From NCBI GenBank assembly GCA_017542055.1, contig JAFXXW010000001.1, forward strand, positions 1 through 59,959: a stretch of 59,959 nucleotides of DNA. Reading direction: 5' to 3'. The DNA comes from Kiritimatiellia bacterium. GTDB taxonomy: Bacteria; Verrucomicrobiota; Kiritimatiellia; RFP12; UBA1067. A program made the position numbers and the translations under genes. Positions 56,032 to 59,959 of this stretch are shown piece by piece; position 1 is the first letter of the stretch, and every line of letters starts with the position of its first letter. Under the pieces are notes generated by a model. It saw only the letters and a program-made list of their open reading frames with translations, had not been told where the DNA came from and did no database searches.

Positions 56032-57729
56032 TTACTGCTTGATTTTCCCGCCCACCAGCGTTTCCACGATATTCATGTAGTAGGACCGCACCCGCTCGTA
56101 GGCGTTGATGATGTCCAACTCGCCCAGCACCCGCAAGGGGCTTTCCGGATCGTCCACGCTCACGCGCGAAAGCTGCAGACTGCGCTTCGTCCGGATGAAC
56201 TCGTGGATCTCGCTCGACTCCTTGGCGGCCCAGACCGGGTCGATGAACGCCAGGGGACGCGGCGAACGGATCCAGGGGCTGATCTTTTCGGCAAAGGCGA
56301 ACACCCGCTCGTGCACGGCCAGCAGCGTGCCGGCCGAAACCTCGGAAATCTGCTGCTTCTGCTTGCGGAGGCGACGGATGACGCGCACGATGGCGGCCGC
56401 CTCGTCGCTGACCGACTCCAGCTCGTCCGTCAACCGCAACAGCCGGCGCGCGCGCTCCGACACGTCGAACGCGAGCCGCTTGGTCATCACGCTGCCGAGG
56501 AACTCCGTCACTTCGCGCTGGACGTTGTCCAAAATCGCCTCGCGGTGGAGAATGTGGTTCTCCACGCTCTCGTCCTCGGCCTCGCCCGCGATCACCTTCC
56601 GGACGGACTCCAACACGTCCAAACCGCTGTCGCGCATGAACGAAACTTCCTGCAACGCCTGGTCGCAGGCGATGACCGGCGAAAGCCGCGCGCCGAACTT
56701 GAGCGCCGAAAGATGCGGCTTTTCGTTCTCCGGCTGGGGAATGATCCACTCGATCAGCCGCACGAAGGGCTTGACCACCGGGAACGTCAGCACGCCGCGC
56801 AAAACCGAGAAGATGGTGTCGGTTACCGCGATCGGCGCCATGATGCCGTACAGCACCGGACCCTTGGCCGTTTCGGTCGCCACGTTCCAGTTGGGGAAGA
56901 GCGCCTTCCCCAACGGAACCAGCACCGGCAAGGCCAGCGGCATGAGCACGAGCGATCCCACCACGTTGCTCATCGTATGCGCCAGCGCCGTGCGCTTGGC
57001 GTCGGCCGTGCCGCCCACCGCGGCCATCCAGGCCGTAATGGTGGTGCCGATGTTGGCGCCGAACAGCGTGGCGATGGCCGTCTCGTAGGTGATGAGCCCC
57101 TGCGAGGCGAGCGTCATGGCGATGGCGATGGTGGCGGCCGAATGCACCATCGCCGAAAGCACCATCGCCGCCGCCGCCACCAGCGCCACGTCCAAGAGCG
57201 AGTTGACGTCGATCTTCTGGAAGGCCACGCGGATGGCGTCGTTGTTGCGGATGGGCAACACGCCCTTGTGCATGAAATAGAGTCCCAACAGCGCCAGCCC
57301 GATGCCCAACACCGCCAGTCCCGTGTTGTGCAGTTTTTCCTTGCGGATGAAGAAGTAGAGGATGCCGCCGATCGCGAGCCCGATCATGCCCAGCATTTCC
57401 GGCGACGGCGCAAACGCCACCAGCCACACCGTGCCCGTGGTGCCGATGTTGGCGCCGATAATCACGTTGATCGCCTGCGAAAGCGTCATCATGCCGGACG
57501 ACACGAAGCCCACCAGCATGGCCGTGATGATGGCCGACGACTGCGCGATCAGCGTGGAAACGATGCCCGTGCCCACGCCCGCCACCTTGTTGGTGGTGGC
57601 CAGCCCCATGAATTTGCGGAGCCCGTCGCCCCCTACCGCCTGCAGGCCTTCGGACAGATGCTTCATCCCCAAGAGGAAGAGCCCGAGACCTCCTCCAACC
57701 GTGAAGAGCACCAATACCATGTCTTTCAT
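56032..57729 (-). CDS. Na/Pi cotransporter family protein with PhoU-like domains
   Basis: GLGLFLLGM, QSSA, GANIGTT twice; start MKDMV. Confidence 0.92.
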   Translation of the reverse strand: MKDMVLVLFTVGGGLGLFLLGMKHLSEGLQAVGGDGLRKFMGLATTNKVAGVGTGIVSTLIAQSSAIITAMLVGFVSSGMMTLSQAINVIIGANIGTTGTVWLVAFAPSPEMLGMIGLAIGGILYFFIRKEKLHNTGLAVLGIGLALLGLYFMHKGVLPIRNNDAIRVAFQKIDVNSLLDVALVAAAAMVLSAMVHSAATIAIAMTLASQGLITYETAIATLFGANIGTTITAWMAAVGGTADAKRTALAHTMSNVVGSLVLMPLALPVLVPLGKALFPNWNVATETAKGPVLYGIMAPIAVTDTIFSVLRGVLTFPVVKPFVRLIEWIIPQPENEKPHLSALKFGARLSPVIACDQALQEVSFMRDSGLDVLESVRKVIAGEAEDESVENHILHREAILDNVQREVTEFLGSVMTKRLAFDVSERARRLLRLTDELESVSDEAAAIVRVIRRLRKQKQQISEVSAGTLLAVHERVFAFAEKISPWIRSPRPLAFIDPVWAAKESSEIHEFIRTKRSLQLSRVSVDDPESPLRVLGELDIINAYERVRSYYMNIVETLVGGKIKQ

Positions 57730-58283
57730 ATCGCGATTCCCGCCGTCAATACGGCCGCGCCCCAAGCCATCAAAACCCAACCCAGCGCCTGGCGGAGCTT
57801 AGGGCGGGCCGCCACCAGATCGTATGCCTTTTCGTAGCGCCAGGGATAGAACATGCCGTACATGCCGATCACCGCCGCCACATATCCCGTAACCACCAGG
57901 ATATGCACCATCGCAAAACCGGAATCGGGCGTCAAGAGCCGCGTCGTCCGGAACAGCGAGGCCGGGAAAAGCATCAAAATCGCCGTCAGGGCCCGGACGC
58001 TCAAGTGGTCCGGCATCCAGATGACGGTAAGATACGATAGACCCGCCGCCATCAGCCACAACTGTCCGGGGAAGATTTTGAGCAGCATGTCGAAAACGTC
58101 GATGCCGATGGTGTGGCACTCGTAGGCCGTCCAGAACCAGGCGACCACGGTGAGCACGCCGGCCACCCGGCGCGAAACTTCGAACTTGCGGATGATGCGA
58201 TCGGTCGCCTTCCCGGCAAACACAATTCCGCCGCCCGTTACGAGGAGCGGCAACGCCAATATTAATCCCCAAAATACAGTCAT
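57726..58283 (-). CDS. Membrane hypothetical protein
   Basis: 185 aa with about 6 TM helices; ATGA coupling to the next gene. Confidence 0.7.
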   Translation of the reverse strand: MTVFWGLILALPLLVTGGGIVFAGKATDRIIRKFEVSRRVAGVLTVVAWFWTAYECHTIGIDVFDMLLKIFPGQLWLMAAGLSYLTVIWMPDHLSVRALTAILMLFPASLFRTTRLLTPDSGFAMVHILVVTGYVAAVIGMYGMFYPWRYEKAYDLVAARPKLRQALGWVLMAWGAAVLTAGIAI

Positions 58284-58292
58284 ATGCGAAAA

Positions 58293-58366
58293 TGGAGGTG
58301 GGAAGCGGAGTTGAACCGCTGTAAGCGGATTTGCAGTCCGCGACCTAACCGCTCGGCCATCCCACC
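58293..58366 (-). tRNA. tRNA-Cys(GCA)
   Basis: Anticodon arm GCGGA-CTGCAAA-TCCGC; CCA end. Confidence 0.93.
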
Positions 58367-58381
58367 GGTCAAGATATGTGT

Positions 58382-58411
58382 ATTATACCATATTTGACGG
58401 CCAAAAGTCAA
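58382..58411 (-). promoter_or_regulatory. sigma70 promoter for tRNA-Cys
   Basis: TTGACT-N18-TATAAT with TG. Confidence 0.7.
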
Positions 58412-58438
58412 TAGGTTAAATGAAAAAAGTAAAACGCG

Positions 58439-59948
58439 CAGTTCGTTATAATAGAAGACACCATTGGCGAAAACTGGCAAGGGGGGAGCAAGTTTGTTCG
58501 TCAAATGAATGGACACCAACGAGAAAAAAGAGTATAATGGAGGAATGAACATGTCATTCGGAGCAACCAAGGAGTATCTTGGTCTTATGCGCAAGTCATA
58601 CGACCAGGCAAAACGAAAGCGACACAAGTCGATAATCGACGAGTTCTGTCGCGTAACGGGGTACGAGCGCAAATACGCCATCAAGCTCTTGTCCGGCAAC
58701 CGCAAGCACAAGAAGCGCAAGGGACGCAAAGCCTCCTATGGCGCCGAGGTGCGCTCGGCATTGATCGCCGTTTGGCGCGAGACTGGATGCATGTGCAGCA
58801 CGTATCTGGCAGCAGACATGCCTTACTGGGTGGAGGACTACGAAAAGCATGTAGCGCTGATAACGAGCGATAAAGTGCGTTCGCAACTCCTGTCCATGAG
58901 CCCTTCCACTATGGACAGGTTGCTCAGGGGCGTCGAGCGGATCAAAACGGGATCGCTGCCGCGAAAGCGCAGAAACAGCGCGGAATACCTGCTCAAGCAG
59001 GCTATTCCATGCAAGTCGGGAGAGGAGACAATGGCCGCTTTGGTTCGCCCGGGCGACATCCAGACCGATACATTCGCGCTTGGCGGGGGCGATGCGTCCG
59101 GCAACTTCTTCTGGATACTGGACGGCACCGATCGCAAGACCCAATGGACTTGGCTGTCTCCTACCTGGAACAATGGCGAGGTCGCCACCGTAAAGGCTCT
59201 AAGGCACATACTCAAAAACCTCCCGTTCGTCATCTACTCCATGCACCACGACAATGGCAGCGAGATCATCAATTACCACTTGGCGAAAAACTTTCCGCAT
59301 CTTTGTCCACATGCGGTCTTGTCGCGCTCAAGGCCGCGAAAATGCAACGACAATGCACATGTCGAACAGAAGAACCGGTCGGTCGGCAGAGAACTCTTCG
59401 GCGAGCGAAGGATCGACTGCCGGGATTTGGAGGAGGATTTGAAACGACTATGCGACGAGTGGTCGTTTTTCTGCAATTTCTTCCGTCCGTCCAAAATGCT
59501 CGTGAGCAAGGAAAAGCGGCCGGACGGCAAAGGATTCACCCGGAAGTACGATCGGCCAAGTACGCCATTTAAGCGCATTTTGAACGAGTCCTGCATCCCC
59601 CAAAAGCAGAAACAGAAACTCATCGAGGCAAAAGCGAAAGTGAGCGGAATCGACCTGCGCTACAGGATCGTCAAACGGCTGAAACGGATCCTCCGAAAGC
59701 AAGAGGAGTACAATAGCGCGCAAGCCCGGAAAGCCAGCATTATCCGAGGTGTCGACGCTTCCGGCTCGTCGCTTTGCGACGCCCCTTCGGGGACGCCTTC
59801 AGCTTTCGACACCTCGATTCTGCAAGGTGCCATAACCCTCGGCCCCAAACCCATATCCAAAAAGAAATCCAACCTCGAAAGTGTCCGAATTCTGACGAAC
59901 AACAATCAGCGCAACTCAAACAAAAGTGTCTTTTCTACTTGACGAACT
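58439..59948 (+). mobile_element. Insertion sequence with DDE (rve) transposase, ISNCY/IS481-like
   Basis: Ends CAGTTCGT / ACGAACTG, with two GTTCGT..N..GACAC units at each end in inverted orientation. Confidence 0.75.
58545..59942 (+). CDS. DDE-type integrase/transposase
   Basis: IIDEFC.VTGY.RKYAI.LL, PGDIQTD, HHDNGSE, SRSRPRKCNDNAHVEQKN, RKYD.P.TP; GGAGG RBS near 58539 (ORF open from 58509). Confidence 0.88.
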   Translation: MNMSFGATKEYLGLMRKSYDQAKRKRHKSIIDEFCRVTGYERKYAIKLLSGNRKHKKRKGRKASYGAEVRSALIAVWRETGCMCSTYLAADMPYWVEDYEKHVALITSDKVRSQLLSMSPSTMDRLLRGVERIKTGSLPRKRRNSAEYLLKQAIPCKSGEETMAALVRPGDIQTDTFALGGGDASGNFFWILDGTDRKTQWTWLSPTWNNGEVATVKALRHILKNLPFVIYSMHHDNGSEIINYHLAKNFPHLCPHAVLSRSRPRKCNDNAHVEQKNRSVGRELFGERRIDCRDLEEDLKRLCDEWSFFCNFFRPSKMLVSKEKRPDGKGFTRKYDRPSTPFKRILNESCIPQKQKQKLIEAKAKVSGIDLRYRIVKRLKRILRKQEEYNSAQARKASIIRGVDASGSSLCDAPSGTPSAFDTSILQGAITLGPKPISKKKSNLESVRILTNNNQRNSNKSVFST

Positions 59949-59959
59949 GGGATTTCCCC

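Noticed and set aside
352-57837. Long plus-strand ORFs (352..2343, 3154..4476, 35571..37145, 41602..43173, 43377..45518, 56203..57837 and others)
   Set aside because: Antisense shadows of well-supported minus-strand genes in GC-rich DNA.
58293-58440. tRNA-Cys as an island attachment site
   Set aside because: The IS lies on the 5' side of the tRNA, and no duplicated tRNA 3' end or integrase was seen.

Overview
The window has two parts, and almost everything in it is encoded on the minus strand. (1) Positions 1-24.3 kb are a lower-GC accessory array of about 25 co-oriented genes, mostly membrane, secreted, lipoprotein or zinc-ribbon proteins. Nearly every junction between them is a copy of a modular repeat. 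Read on the minus strand, these repeats are short ORFs (MNTRMMFAR...KGAGA*, MKPFARIN...*) whose stop codon overlaps the next gene's start by ATGA/GTGA. Their lengths vary (21-183 nt) but keep frame, and in four cases the repeat is itself the N-terminus of the cargo protein. I infer a repeat-joined, translationally relayed gene-cassette array; no attC sites or integrase are visible here. It ends at the left edge in the 5' part of a Tet(W)-like ribosomal protection gene, which lies next to a CAGGGTCAGAC(T/C)TGATTGCCACAG end motif that elsewhere brackets an AT-rich gene as inverted repeats. (2) Positions 24.4-58.4 kb are GC-rich housekeeping chromosome: DinG helicase, HIT, RluA, tcdA, rnpB, 5 tRNAs, dprA, an ABC system, frr, pyrH, prfA, rpmE, SurA-like, hexokinase, rsmA, pnp, rpsO, FadL/TetR, queE, rsmE, RNase R-like and a Na/Pi cotransporter, with very regular sigma70 promoters. 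A DDE-transposase IS with paired subterminal repeats lies on the plus strand at the right edge. The host may be a PVC-group (Kiritimatiellia-like) gut anaerobe, but this is only an inference.
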